DNA of 64,000 nucleotides from Glaucostegus cemiculus (lineage: Eukaryota): positions 26,846,001 to 26,910,000 of the forward strand of contig CDPCPM010000013.1 of NCBI GenBank assembly GCA_976551045.1, in the 5' to 3' direction. The notes under the pieces are model-generated. The model saw only the letters and a list, made by a program, of their open reading frames with translations. It had not been told where the DNA came from and did no database searches. Numbering within the stretch: the first letter of the stretch is position 1; each line of letters begins with the position of its first letter. The position numbers were made by a program, and so were the translations under genes. This document shows positions 49,701-63,224 of the stretch, one piece after another.

Positions 49701-51889
49701 TGTTATCAGGAATAATGACCATTTCATGATACACCTACAATAATGACTTTAAATGCTCTGCCAGCCAAGCTCATTAAATTGGCATAAGTGTAGGTATGTT
49801 TGTTATTCCAACTTGAAAGTTCATGTTTTCTACAAGTTATTTAAAAGTAAGATTTAAAAAAAGCTATTTTACTAAATATGATGTAAATAATCTTTGCTAT
49901 ATAGAAACTTGAGTCCCATGATGTAAAGGAAGAAGCTAACAACAGATTGTTGTAAAAATGAACTTGATTCCAAAGGTTGAAATGACCATGCACAATTTCT
50001 GAAAAGGTTTTTCAACTTGAAAAAAAACAAGGCATGAATACCACTGTAATGTAACCATATGGGACATCTAAGGGCTTTTTTTTGTATGCTTCCTGCTGCA
50101 TTTATATTAATTAGCCAGTAATTAAAGCCCATAAAAAGTTCTAAACAATTGGTGTTAGAAGCTCATTTGGCTTAATTTTCAAAGTGCCCTTAAATGGATA
50201 TCCAGAGATCATGACCAAAATAGGCAGAAGCATTATATAACTATCTGTCAGGACCCTTTGTCTATTCTTGTGTCTTGTTGCAAGTCTTGTGTATTAATGG
50301 GTCATGCACCTCTCACACTGGTTTTGGAGTGACATATCCCAAGCAAGGTTTCTTACAGTTACTTGAAAACACCATTTCTCCTAAACACCTAAATTACTTA
50401 AGTTCTCGCTTGCTTCTCCCAAAATGGTTTCCTTACTCTGCATCCATATTGTAAGAAGACCTCAAATACTAGACAACCTCCCCACTAGTTGTTACCTCAT
50501 TTTTCAACAGTACCTCTAACTCCACCATACTGAGGCCCAGCCACAATGATGTTTGGCTCTTTCAGTTCTCCAGCGGATATTAAACTTGATCACATCTTGT
50601 AGCCATGTAGGTGCTGTGTGTAGCATTAAGATCAATATAAATATCTTAAGTCAATTGTAAATGTATCGTACACACATCACATTTTGAAGAATTACACATA
50701 CAAAATATGTGCTACAATTGCATAAAATTGGTCAAAATGTAGACTTAAAAAATATAAATTAAATAACCTGTAAAAACAGAACAAAGGAAAGGTGAGAAGT
50801 ATCAGTTATTTCTTGATGGGTTTTCTGACCTTTAAAGTTTAGTCTCTTTCCAAAGATAACAATATGCTTCTAATCCACAGAGAAGTCACTTGGCAATGAC
50901 CATTAGCCTCTACTTCACTTCAGCATTATCCCAATTGACCCATTTACCGAAAAAGGAAGTCCAGTTCAAATGTAGCTTGATCTTCTAACATACACAGCCA
51001 TGGCCTGCTTAAAGCTAAAGGGCCAGATATGAAGTGGGATCATGCCTTGGCTAAGTACAATCCGTGTCTGTCTCTGAATTCAGCACTGAGCTGATTGTTG
51101 GAGTGGGATGTCAAATCTCACCTTCAGTGCTTTCTGTTTTTATGTGCTGCTGTGTGCAGATTTGGAAGATGCATTGAACAGCAGAGGGTGGATGTTCTGG
51201 ATGGAACCATTACCCAAAATGATATATAATCTGGCCCAGAACATATGCCAGTGTAGCCATACTCCTGCCTCTCTATGGAGCACTAGGAGACAAGTGGTCT
51301 GTGACACATACATGGTGAGTACCCTTACACTTTAGGTAGCTCTTGAAAATATAGGTATATTGGACCAGATTTTTCAGGTAATGGTGGCATTTACCCATCT
51401 AATTGAATTCATTTCACTGCATGTCTGTGAATAATGGGGATGTCCACATGAATGAAGAAGACCTAAATTTCTTCTCTTATTTTCTTGTGTACTTGTGTTC
51501 AGCTCCTCAGCAGGTTTGCATTACTTTGCGGAAGGCCCTATTTACTGTGTCAGGACTTAACTGGCTTCAAACAGCAAGGTCCTCCCAAGGCAACTGCATT
51601 AGAGAAAACAACTTCATTCAGTGATTAGCAGCAAGTACGAATGAGCATTGTGCCACACATATAGGCCAGTTGGTAAAAGAGCAATTAAATAATCTGTAAA
51701 AATAGTACAAGGAAAAAATGAGGAATATCAGTCACTCCTTGATAGCTTTTCTGACCTTTAAAATCTAATCTCTCTCCAAAGGTACCAATGAGTTTTCATT
51801 CTACAGAGATGTCCTTCATGAATAGCCTTGAGCCTTTACTTCACTTTGGCGTCATCCCCATTGATACATCTCCCAAAAAGGGTAGTTTA

Positions 51890-51992
51890 TCTAAATCTCG
51901 ATCCTATTTCTCTCCCTACTGATGCTGCTTGACCTGCTGAGTGCTTCCAGCATTTTCTGCTTTTGATTCAGATTCCTAGAATCTGCAGGGTG
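51890..51992 (+). mobile_element. Penelope terminal-repeat-derived fragment
   Basis: ctgatgctgcttgacctgctgagtgcttccagcattttctg...tcagattcc. Confidence 0.7.
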
Positions 51993-54420
51993 TTCAGCTC
52001 AAATGCAGCTTCACTGTATAACCTAAACATTTTATCTCCTACATTTCTCTCCTTTGCTCTTTCTGTTATTTCTTTGCAAAAAAATCTGTAGGGTTAGTCA
52101 AGCTGACCTTCCTTTCCTGACATTCACAAGTGTTTGCTTATGGTGTTACATTTCACAATTATCACGTGGCCCTTTCCTCTCAGAAACAAGCCCTTGTTCT
52201 AGCCATAGAAATTCCACCTACCATACAAGGATATAATGCATAAACTCAGCAACACACTCATTTCTAATGCAAAAGGATATTTGTTTTCCACACTTATTAG
52301 AAGACAGATTTCAGCATGTGACTGACTATTGCAATCATTTGGTGATGCACCTAATAACTTCTGCATCTTAGTTTCAAACATGGAAACATCTATGTTCTGT
52401 GTGTGTGAAGTATTAGGCATGTATGACGTAAACAATGCTCCAAGATCATCTACTACATTGCCAAGATAGGATATTAGTATTAGTATTAAGCTCCCTACTG
52501 AATGTTTGGTCTTTCAGAGATGATAGTTCAGGCACAGACAAAATCCCTTCCCAAAATGGAGGGAAAGAAAAGGCATCCAGATCAAAAAGATCAAAGAAAT
52601 TAAAATTAAAATGAAACAGAGAAAGGAATAAAATTATAAATGTCAGGTTGAATAATAGTGAGGAACCAAGCAGAATTTAAAAAGTGCAGATGTGAATGAG
52701 AAAAGAAAGTGAGAAGCAAAAATGTGCATGAGAAAAAAAAAATCACAGATAACTTAAATGGGAATCTCAATGTTTCTATAAATAGGTAATAAATAAAATT
52801 ATGATCAATGGATCATGGGTACCATTGAGGATCATAAAGGTACTCTTCTAATGGAGTCACAGGGCATCTTGAGAGGTTTCTTCATAGACTAGAAGTACAC
52901 AGTGTTTCTGGCAAAACCTGAAGAAAAAGAGGTGACAAATAATATCAAAACCTTTCCAATCAAGGACGATCTAAGGGTCTCAACATCGGCCATCCAGGAG
53001 CATAGCTGCAGGGTACCTCTCACCTTTCACCTCTACTCTGTTGCTGCACTTGATCTCAATGTAAAGACTTGACAAAAGGCACATAAGAAAGTGCCTCAAC
53101 CATGAAAATGGGTTGCGCCAGGAAAATAAAACACATTGCTCGCATCACAGAAGCAGCACGCCTCAGTGTATTGTGCTTATCAGATATCAGGCAGCAACAG
53201 GGAGAAAAAATTGCTCTTTTTTCCCCTTTTAGGCAATAGTCTCATGAAATACAAATAGTTTGGCACTTGTAATATGGCTCTGACATCTTTTCTTCATTCA
53301 AGCTCTGCTCCAGCTGATAACTGCCATCATGGAGACTAGATACTACATACTTTGTCACCCCCTAGGATGAAATGCTCTGATAAATGCAACTTCAGGTGTG
53401 GCGTGAGCCTCACTAATATTCCTCGATGTTCCCTGATTGTAGGGCAAAGTTTCACAATTCAATCACAGCAGATGTGGTCTTGCAGTTTGGAAGCAGCTCG
53501 CTCCATTTAATGAGATGAGGTAGAATGATAGCTAAAATGGGTGCAGCTATTATAATGATTGAGCTTGGAGGTAAGAGATCACATTACATTGAGCATCAGT
53601 ACTCCATTCAACAGCAGAAATGTTGCTTTATCAGCCAAAGATGTGTTCCACAATCGCTCAGATGAAGTTCCTTATATATGCACTTTGATGTTCTAGGTAT
53701 ATTTCCAGTTAGGCTCATGTGCCCCTAGTGCTTAGTTTCACAAATGCCATCTCACAGCACCTTTGTGAAATAGAGATGCATGAAATGCTGCAGAATAAAT
53801 TGGGTGGTTCTTGGATTACACTACAGTTTTCCTACACATTAGTCCAGTAGTATCTTTCCTGTAGCCACTGGGATTAAAAATTCCCATCAGAAAACATGGC
53901 TCCAGCTGTAATCTCCTGGCCTCTGAGAAAGTTTCTGTGGGAATGTTTCTGTACTCTCTTTGGTGGATGTCTCTGTAGAAAATAACAAAGGAGTTAATCA
54001 TGGCACAGATCACTTGCTTAAAGCAAGAGTGAACTGCAAACTAGTTTCATGCAGGTTTCGGGAAGTATTTTATTATACAGATCTTAATGACTTTCATGTG
54101 GAGATGCCAAAGGCAGGCCTCCTGTGAAATGTCACAATATAGGTAATCCATAAATATAGGTCCAGGGATATAGGTTTCATGTGTACATATAATGGGAAAA
54201 TTTCTGCAGGGACTCTTTGTCTCACCTGCTTTAATTTCAGTAGAAGTGTCATGGAATCCAAGTTTATTGCTAAATCCACAGAAGGCAAGCTAACCAACCA
54301 ATATGGAAATTTACTCCCATTGTCTTGGCTCTTACAAAAGTTCCCTTTAAAGCGCAACTTAAAATAAAGACTGAGATACTGCTGCCACTCTTTATGAAGT
54401 AGCCTAAAGCAAAGCTTTAT

Positions 54421-54660
54421 GGGCGGCACAATAGCGTAGCGATTGGGTTCGATTCCCATCGCTGACTGTAAGGAGTTTGTACGTTCTCCCGTGTCTGCGT
54501 GGGTTTCCTCCGGGTGCTCCGATTTCCTCCCACATTCTAAAGACATACAGGTGGGTTAATTTGGGGAGTTAAAAATGGGCGGCGTGGACTCATTGGGCCG
54601 AAAGGGCCTGTTACTACGCTGTAAATAAAATTTTTTAAAAATTAAAATTAAATTAAAAGC
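54421..54660 (+). mobile_element. V-SINE (HE1-like) with a HER1/CR1-type tail
   Basis: B-box gggttcgattccc, V-domain gtctgcgtgggtttcctccgggtgctccgatttcctcccaca, and tail gggccgaaagggcctgtt. Retains many CpGs, so relatively young. Confidence 0.88.
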
Positions 54661-55329
54661 TCTGCTGTTCATTCCCTGTGTTTCCACTTTGCATTGCCCA
54701 AATCAGGGAACTTACTACGCTAGTAAGATAGTGTACATTTTAATAGCTATAGTTTCAGTTCCCTTATCAGAATTCACCCACTGGAAAGCAAGGTCATACA
54801 ACTGTTCATTAGGAACTGCATTTTTGCTGGAAAGTGCACCAAACAAAGCAAAGTGAATGCTGCTTCCTTCAAATGCACATTCTGGCACTAGCTCTCTGTG
54901 GTGTGTCAGACTAATTATCAGTGTCAATGCTTTGTTTACAGTTGTGCACCAGATTAGTTCCTTCATTCTGAATTGACCCAAATTAATTTTGACCCCACCC
55001 TACCAGATCTGAACCACCCAACATCTGCACCTCTTACTTTTCTATACTTTTGTCACTGTAATAATGCCACAAAGACCAGCAGATGCCCCCATGGGTAAGA
55101 CTGTAAAAAGGAAACCTAATTCATTATTTATTTGGTTGTTACAAAGATACTTAATTTTTCAAAATTTTTTATGTATGCATTGTCCAATATTCCAAATCTG
55201 GCATAGGGTACTGGATTTTGGACATAGGAACAATAATAAATCTGAATAATTCAAATTTGAGACAGTAAATGACCATTATATTCTATAATCATTATTTCCT
55301 TTCTAATGCCCTGAGTATACAACAATGCT

Positions 55330-55520
55330 AATTTGCATTTATATATCACTTCTTGTGTAGTAAAATACCTAAAGGTTATTTGGAGTTATATTTAGAGTAA
55401 AGTGATATCAACAAAATTTGGCACTAGGCCATTTATGGAGATATTAGCTCAGATGAACAAAAGGCTGGTAGCTTTAAAGGCAATCTTGAAGAGAAAGAGG
55501 TGATTTAGAGTGGTTGGGAG
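55330..55520 (-). mobile_element. L2-like LINE 3' end
   Basis: ttgcatttatatatcac...caacaaaatttggcactaggcca...ggagatattag. The terminus is the reverse complement of the ctatataaat tail of the SINE at 59000-59325. Confidence 0.5.
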
Positions 55521-58500
55521 ACTCAAAGTAGTCTATATATTCTTTTGAACCATTTTTCTGTCTATTCATCTTGCTTACCATGGAAATAGTCTCACCCTGG
55601 TTAATGGTACTAGACTTAATGTACAGTGTATGCCAGACCATAAGGAAGAATGGCTTCTAATTCAAGCAACCATTCAGCATCTTGCTGCAGAAAAGATCAG
55701 TAAATTTGAAGATTTCTTTGCTTTAAGGCTCAGACTACTATACTGATGGCAATTTTTGTGAATTATATACCTTTTTTAATACTTTAAGCTTGCATTTTAA
55801 AGGTCATATATACTATCTTGTGAAGAGAACCCTGACTAAACTTGCTTAAACTCTGTTTCAGAGTATGGTAACCATTTATTAAATTCTGCTATGATATAAA
55901 TTTAAAGTATTGTTCCAAATTAAACTCTGAGTCAAACATCAATTCATTGTTACTGTTTATCTTTCATAAAAAATAGACAGTAAAAGCAATAGGTTCCCAG
56001 GTCTTCAATCATTCTCCATGTGTCACAGGACAGGCAGTTTGGGAATGAATCTACCCACAGTTCACAGCTGACAGCACTGAGATGGAATCATAAAAGTCAA
56101 TTAATCATTAAAAGCTGTTACAAGCACACATTGAACAGTTCTGGCATGAAATGTTAATCAGTTCAGTATCAATATAATAAATTCTTGCAAATTGGAGCAA
56201 TCAATAACTTTGAAGCTGAAGAGATCAATTGCAGGGCACCAGACCTCTCCTTTGGGCCCTGGTGACATGGTTGCCACACGAATAAAACACCTCCAGGCAT
56301 GTTGCCAACAGAGGTCATCTTCCCAACAGGCTGTTCACTTCAGCAATAGTTACCACGGTGACAGCATGTCACAGTTGCCCTAGTGTCCTGCTGGGGTAGG
56401 TGGAAGCCAATGCATCACTGGCTTTGATGGATTTGTCAATAATACTTAGCAGGGGAGGAGAACTGCTCACATAACACTTGCAGGTCTGCTGTCCCAGAGT
56501 GGGTCAGAGTGATTTAATTGTTTGCAGGGACGTGTGAGCCTGCATACATACAAGGATTAAATAATGTGCACAAAGGCACAAGGTTTTCATCTGAAATTAC
56601 TGTGGGTTAAAACCCCAATGAAAAAGAACAAAAGCAATGCCCAGTGGTTAATTATCCCATTCATTGACAAAATATGAAACTATTGTTATCACACTTATAC
56701 CTACATTGTACATACTGTTTTAAAGGATAAAAATTAAGAAGTTACTCATATTGGTTCTACATTTAAATAGATGTCAATTGATCATTAATTTCTCAATAGT
56801 GGTGATAGTATGAATTTTTAAAGCCAAAGAATTCCAGAAGCACTTTTTCCTTATTTTGCAAACACAGGCTTTAAAAAAGTATGAAATTATAAAATAAAAT
56901 TTTAAATCAATGTAATCAAAATATTCATTAACTGTCATTTTTATTTTTAAGTGTGGTATTAAACTTTGTAAATACAGATTAGTCATGTGACACCCAGACC
57001 GGCATGTTGCATTTTGACCTCTAGATTCTGCAGATAAATTCTTTGCCACCTCTGACCCGTGGAGCAAAAAAAACTAATGCAAGCATAAAATGGGATTCGT
57101 AAGTAGACCTGAGTTGCTATTACTCCAGAGTGACCTTCTACAGTCTAAATATGGTGAGTTAGAAAAGGGAGCATTTTGTCCTAAACTATCCTGTGCAAAG
57201 CTGGACTCATTGATAATATCAAGAGGAAATGTCCATTCCCTTTGCATTTTATTCCACATAAATGCAATCCTCCCACTTAAAAATTGACAAATTATAAATA
57301 CTTTAAATCATTCAAATGGAGCCACATTGTCCAGCTCACACATAGAAACTGACCCCACAAGTGAGTATATTTCCACCAAAATAAGAGAGTTGGAGCATTA
57401 AAAGACATAACTGCTAATTTTCTACTTCCTTCATATTGAAGCCTCAGCTGCCAACCACACAATGTAAATTTAAAATGCGCACTCTGCTCATATTGAAATG
57501 ATTGGAAAATGATGCATAGCACATGCTGAAATTTTTGAAAAGTGCCCTTGTAGCAGGGCTCTCACTGTCTGAAGAGAGAACGAAGGAAATTACCTGTTCA
57601 GCTCATACATGCTATAAATGCCAGGAAAGGCCTACATGACCTAGTATTCAATATCTGTGACATGTAAATGATAGCTAAGATCATCATGAAGAGTCAAAGA
57701 TAAGGGAAATACATAGTTCAATGTAGTTTGGAATTAAATGGGTAAAAAAAAATAAAAAAAGATCTCTAGTGTAAAATCTAACAAAAATGGATTGAAAAGA
57801 GCTATTCCTGGAAGATAAGAATACATAGTGTCAAAATGATATATAGAAATTAAAACTAAAATGAAGCTTAACTGGGAGACAAACAATGATGGACAGACTC
57901 TTTATGGAGAGATGAAGCAGTGCTGATTTTTAAGTAAATATTTCATTTTGTTTCAGTTTATAAATAAGTTGGAAGTATGACTAATGGTGCAAAGCAGGAG
58001 AACATGGAAAAGATGTTAGATGACAGTAAGAATTAATAAAATTCAAAATGAATGAAAATGAAACTGCTCTTAAATGGAAACATAAATTGGGCAAAAGCTT
58101 AGTGCCATCCTGCTTTATGCAGAATTTGGTCTTCTTTTCCATTGACTTTAATGGAGAAAAGTGTGTTTATGTATAATGGCTCCCCACTCATTATTGTAAG
58201 TAAGTAAATTAGTGAATACTGATAGGACACACCCTAACATGCAAAGGACAATGGAGAGGAAAATGGTAAGGATTTGGCTGCAGTTTTTGATTCTCCATAA
58301 ATTTGCAAATTGAACCTGGGCATCTAAGACATGTTTGTCTAACATTAACTTGAACAAGCATTTAGAATCCATAATTCAGCATCAATCTAGTGAGTATTTA
58401 AAGATGCATAAATTAATGAAGAGAAGGCAACATGACTTTGTTAGGGTAATGTTTGACTAAAGCAAAAGTTCTTTTTTTTAAATGACTAATTATATATTGA

Positions 58501-58999
58501 AAGAAAATGCAATTGATATGAGTGCACATGACATTTCAGAAAGAATTCACAACAACTTGGCGCGTTTAACATCCAAGGAGCAGTAACACTGCAAATAAAA
58601 TTTCACATAAAATTCAGTGAGGTATCTCAAAGATTTTTGTATTTAAAGATCATGTGTGTGCCAGATATGACACAGTATGTGTGTGTGCAGTAGGATGACA
58701 GTTAGTAAAAATAAATGTTGAGGTTATCAACTGCTGAATGAAGAGTTGAAAAAAAGGTCCTGGCTGGCTGATGGCTTGCTTACATAGAGTGCAAAAGACT
58801 AGCTGTAGTGTGAGGCTCAGTGCCTTCCTGGCTACCCCACTTGCACATCACAACACAGAAGTCAGGTACACACTGGGGGTTAGATATTAGCACATGTGAC
58901 CTCTCACTCTACCCTGGGCTCACCGCTGACGACAGGTTCAGTTTCGTCTCTTCCTGAGCTGAGTGGGCCAGATGCAGGTCTTATCTGATCCTTGCCTTC

Positions 59000-59325
59000 A
59001 TTCCAGAGACTTGAGCACAGCAGTGTGGTGCATGCATTAACAGAGGTGCCATATTTCAAAAGACACCTTGAACTGAAGCCCAGACTGCTGGCAAGGGTGA
59101 GGTAAAATATCCTAAGGCATTATTTGAAGAATAATGAACATAGTAGTTTTTTTTACCCTGAACTAAAAATGATTATCCAGTAATTTATCTTGTTATTGTT
59201 TGTGGGACATTACAGTGTGTTGAATGGCTGTTGCCTACTTCACAACAATAGGTTCGCTTCCATAGTACTTCAATAGCCAAGGCTGAAAAAAGTTCTATAT
59301 AAATTAAAACTCTTTCTTCTTTCGG
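59000..59325 (+). mobile_element. Ancient DeuSINE (SacSINE1/AmnSINE1-like)
   Basis: tccagagacttgagcaca...gaggtgccatattt...gtaaaatatcctaaggcattatttgaaga...tgattatc...tgtttgtggga...agtacttca...ctatataaat, following the Deu-domain order. Confidence 0.65.
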
Positions 59326-59389
59326 ACAAATGATTTCAGATTTGGCTTCAGGCTATGAAGTGATCCAACTCAAGGAAAATACTGCCTTC

Positions 59390-59838
59390 ACCGGAAATTG
59401 GATCTAAATACATCACAGACACATCCCTCCCCACCATCAGAAGTATCTACATGAGGCATTGCCTCAAGAAGGCAACATCTATGAACAAAGACCCGCACCT
59501 CCGGGCCATGCCACCTTCTTGCAGCTAACATTGGACAGGAGGCACACCACCAGGTTCAAGACCAGCTACTTCAACCATTTGTTCTTGAACCAGCCTGCAC
59601 AACCTTAATCACTACCTCAGTAAAGCAACACTATGACCACTTTGCTCAACAATGGGCTTTGTTTTGATTTGTTCTAATTGTGTTCTTTCTTCTATGATTT
59701 TGCATAATTTGTTTTTTTCTTGTGAATGTTGTTTCTTTAATGCTATGTGCCTATAATGCTGCTGCATGTAAGTTTTACATTGCACCTGTGCAGACATTTA
59801 CTTGTGTCTATGACAAGAAACTTGACTTTAACTTTGAA
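59390..59838 (+). mobile_element. Decayed Rex1/Babar-like LINE 3' end
   Basis: ctccccaccatc...tgcctcaagaaggcaacatct...aaagacccgcac...caccaccaggttcaagaccagctacttc (LP.I...CLKKA.S..KDP.H...TTRFK.SYF). Confidence 0.7.
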
Positions 59839-60127
59839 ATAAATGCAAAATGTTAGAAATAGTTAAATCAGGCAGGATCTGTTGAGAGAAAAGCCAAAAT
59901 GAACATTTCAAGTGGAGGTGTGCACAAGGTGGGAGGGGGGCTGAGTTCATAGAACATAGAACATAGATATTATTGTTCCACCAATAATCATCAAAATAAA
60001 TTTAAGACAATGGGTGCATGAGTATACATGCCCTCCATGACACTGTACACAGGGACCTCTCTCAGAACCAGTCAATTTAAATTCCTGCACAAACCCCTGT
60101 TTCAAGTCAATATACTGATTGACGTTT

Positions 60128-60205
60128 AGAACCATAGAACAATACAGCACAATACAGGCCCTTCGGCCCACCATGTTGTGCTGTCCATCAAACCACACCT
60201 CGCAC
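60128..60205 (-). mobile_element. HER1/CR1-type 3' tail
   Basis: agaaccatagaacaatacagcacaatacaggcccttcggcccaccatg. Confidence 0.7.
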
Positions 60206-60565
60206 TAGTCCTTTAAACAGAACCAATCTATTGTTAGGGTGCCAGAGACTGAGCATCAGCATAGTGAGAGGAAAAATGCAGAAGGATGGCCAGATTCAGA
60301 AGTGTCTACGGTGGCTAAAGGGCCAAGGTCATTAGAAGCTGAAAGGTGAAGACATTTAAGCAATGGGTGAGTTATGTAAGGTCAAAAACCTGAAATGCTA
60401 TCTGTTTTACATTTCACAGATGCTGCCTGATATGCTGAGCATTTTTAGTTTTTACATCTACAGAGGAATCCATTTGCTTTTAGCTCAAATACTGTGACTG
60501 GAGGGAGTATTCCAATGGAGAATACTGCAACAGTGAGAAGAGGAGGATTCCTATTCATGGTAATC

Positions 60566-61283
60566 ATTGGTATTGGTATTGGTATTGGTTTATTATTGTC
60601 ACTTGTACCAAGGTACAGTGAAAAGCTTGTCTTACAAACCAATCGTTCAGGTCAATTCATTACACAGTTATATAGTTAGTACAAAGTGCATTGATGTAGT
60701 ACAGTAAAAACAGTAACAGTACAAAGTGTCACAGCTACAGAGAAAGTGCAGTGCAATAAGGTGCAAGGTCACACAAGGTAGAATGTGAGGTCACAGACCA
60801 TCTCATTGTATAAAGGAACTGTTCAATAGTCTTATCACAGTGGGGAAGAAGCTGTCCTTAAGTCTGGTGGTGCATGCCCTCAGGCACTTGTATCTTCTAC
60901 CAGATGGAGGAGGAGAGAAGAGAGAATGTCCCGGATGAGTGGGGTCTTTGATTATGCTGTCTGCTACACCAAGACAACGAGAGGTAAAGACAGAGTCCAA
61001 GGAGGGGAGGCTGTTGTCCATGATGTGCTGGGCTGTGGCCACAACCCTCTGCAGCTTCTTGCAGTCCTGGGCAGAGCAGTTGCCATACCAAGCCGTGATA
61101 TGACCAGATAGGATGCTCTCTATGGTGCATCAGTAAAAGCTGGTGAGAGTCGAAGGGGACATGCCGAATTTCTTCAGCCTCCTGAGGAAGTAGAGGCACT
61201 GGTGAGCTTTCTTGGCTGTGGCATCTACGTGGTTAGACCAGGACAGGCTGTTGGTGATATTCACACCCAGGAACTTGAAGCTC
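60566..61283 (-). mobile_element. Younger 5'-truncated Rex1/Babar-like LINE with an (ATACCA)n tail
   Basis: Minus-strand frame gives LYFLRRLKKFGMS...TIESILS...WYGNCSAQD.KKLQRVV and LPSLDS.FTSRC...SIIKDPTHPGHSLFSP.PSGRRY...TTRLKDSFFP.VIRLLN; microsatellite tail attggt repeats. Confidence 0.85.
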
Positions 61284-61443
61284 TTATTCATCTTAAGCAT
61301 CTTATTCATCTCTTCATTTACACCTTGTGGACAGCTTATGGAGCAATTGTTGTAGTAATACCTACCTGAAATATCTCTTTCAGTACCAACTCTTCTGAGC
61401 TTCCTATGTTTACTGTTAAATGTTTTTCCTTTACTTTATTTCT

Positions 61444-61481
61444 GATAACGTTACCTCCACTTTTGTGGAGGTAACGTTATC
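61444..61481. repeat. Perfect inverted repeat, 17-bp arms with a 4-nt loop
   Basis: GATAACGTTACCTCCAC-TTTT-GTGGAGGTAACGTTATC. Confidence 0.95.
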
Positions 61482-63224
61482 TTCTGGAAATCTTGGGCCC
61501 TGATCTAAACAGACTCCTCTGAATCTGATCAACCACCTGCAGTTTTCCTCTTTCTGTGTTTTTACCCCATTTTTGGCTCCTTAATTGATGCATCCTGGCC
61601 CTTTGAGTTGAAGCAGTTATGTGAGATTTTGCTGTCTCCCAATAAAGAAACCCATTCAGCCTAAATTCCCGTCTTGAACAAATCTTGCAAAGTTAATTAG
61701 CACCTTCCTGGAAGACATGGCTGTCGGTTAACAGACAGTAGTGGTTGGACATCACAGCTCCTCCATATATTTCCATGTTACTAGGAAAAAAAAATTCTTT
61801 TAGCAATATTTAAAAAAGACACCCAATTTCAGAGTCAAATTTCTATTTTATAAAAATTTCTTTCTGAGCATCCCCTACCCAATAAACTTCCTCCTTTTGG
61901 AAAACAACTGAACAATCTGTCCTAGACCATTGGAAATACCCGCAGTTTATAAGTATCTTACATTGATGCCCTCAGTGATTTTATGAACATGTGACATGGA
62001 CTTAAACAGATGAAACCAGTTTGATTACATAGGTCAGGTATAGGCTTTTGTCACTGCACAGTAACATATTAATCCCAAAGTGACACCAGTACCACTGCTG
62101 TTGGAAATCCAAGATCCAGGCCCCACATTCTGATCACCCAGTGATGTCTGTGGGAGAAATGAGGGCTCAGTTACAGTCAGCTTCCACCACTTCAAAAGGA
62201 GGAGAGTGATGAAAACTTGGCACATGCATGATGAATCACATGCACAAGTGCAATTTACCAGCAATTTATTTTCTGCTGATTAAAATTATCTGGCAGGAGA
62301 AATAAAAATGTTACACAGGGGCATCTCAGAGATGTGAAGAAAGACAGGAACCCATCAAATACTGAAAAATAAGATAATGCTGGAAGCACTTCTGCACCAC
62401 GTGTAGTGATAGGTTACCCTGACAACCGAAGCAAAATGCAGACAAAGTATCTATGGAACTACTTGCAGATAATTTCTACTATTTTGAGAATGGAATGAAA
62501 GTTACCTCTTCTCTGAGAAAAATTAATTTTGATACATTTCGGAGCTGGAAGATTTTATAACATATCAAAACATTTTGTCTTTCATGACTACATCAGGATT
62601 TGTTTTGCTGTTTATAAGACTTAACAATCTAATGATGCCTGAAGAATAAGAGGCATAGAAATATTTTATAACAGGAAGACAACCGTGAATTGTTTTTTCA
62701 AAGCAGAGTAAGTTATTAACTTCTGAATATTATCGTCAGTAAACGTATCCTCAAAACAATACAGGTTAATTATATTCAAGGGAATGTTATTTATAAAATT
62801 ATGCAAAAAATACTTTTCCATTTTATTTCCATCATTGGCCTTAAAATAATATTGTGGTTTTACTGTTCAATGTCCTTACCTATTCTGTATATTTCTGAAA
62901 GATCGGCTCTTGTATATCTCCTTTCCAGGCTCAAGAGCTCGACCCCAGTTTGTTTCTCAAAGTACATACCTCCAGCACTCGATATCATCCTTGGAGGTGT
63001 TGCTGTTGCTGTAATACCTACAGCATTCCAATCTTCTGAAGTCCTGAGTTGGATATAATACCTGAGGAGAAATCAGATTAAGATTTGTGCAATTTGATCA
63101 CTATTTCCTCTGATATAATTTGAACCAATTTGGCTGAATTATTCAAACTTCAATTGCTTCATAGCTGTCAAACCTCAGCACTTCTTTACAACAGAGGAAG
63201 AGGCTGTAACCCATACCGTCAGTC

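Noticed and set aside
54421-54470. tRNA gene
   Set aside because: A/B-box-like head belongs to a V-SINE; no cloverleaf.
60803-61199. ORFs with protein-like sequence
   Set aside because: C-terminus of a Rex1/Babar-like LINE ORF, not a host gene.
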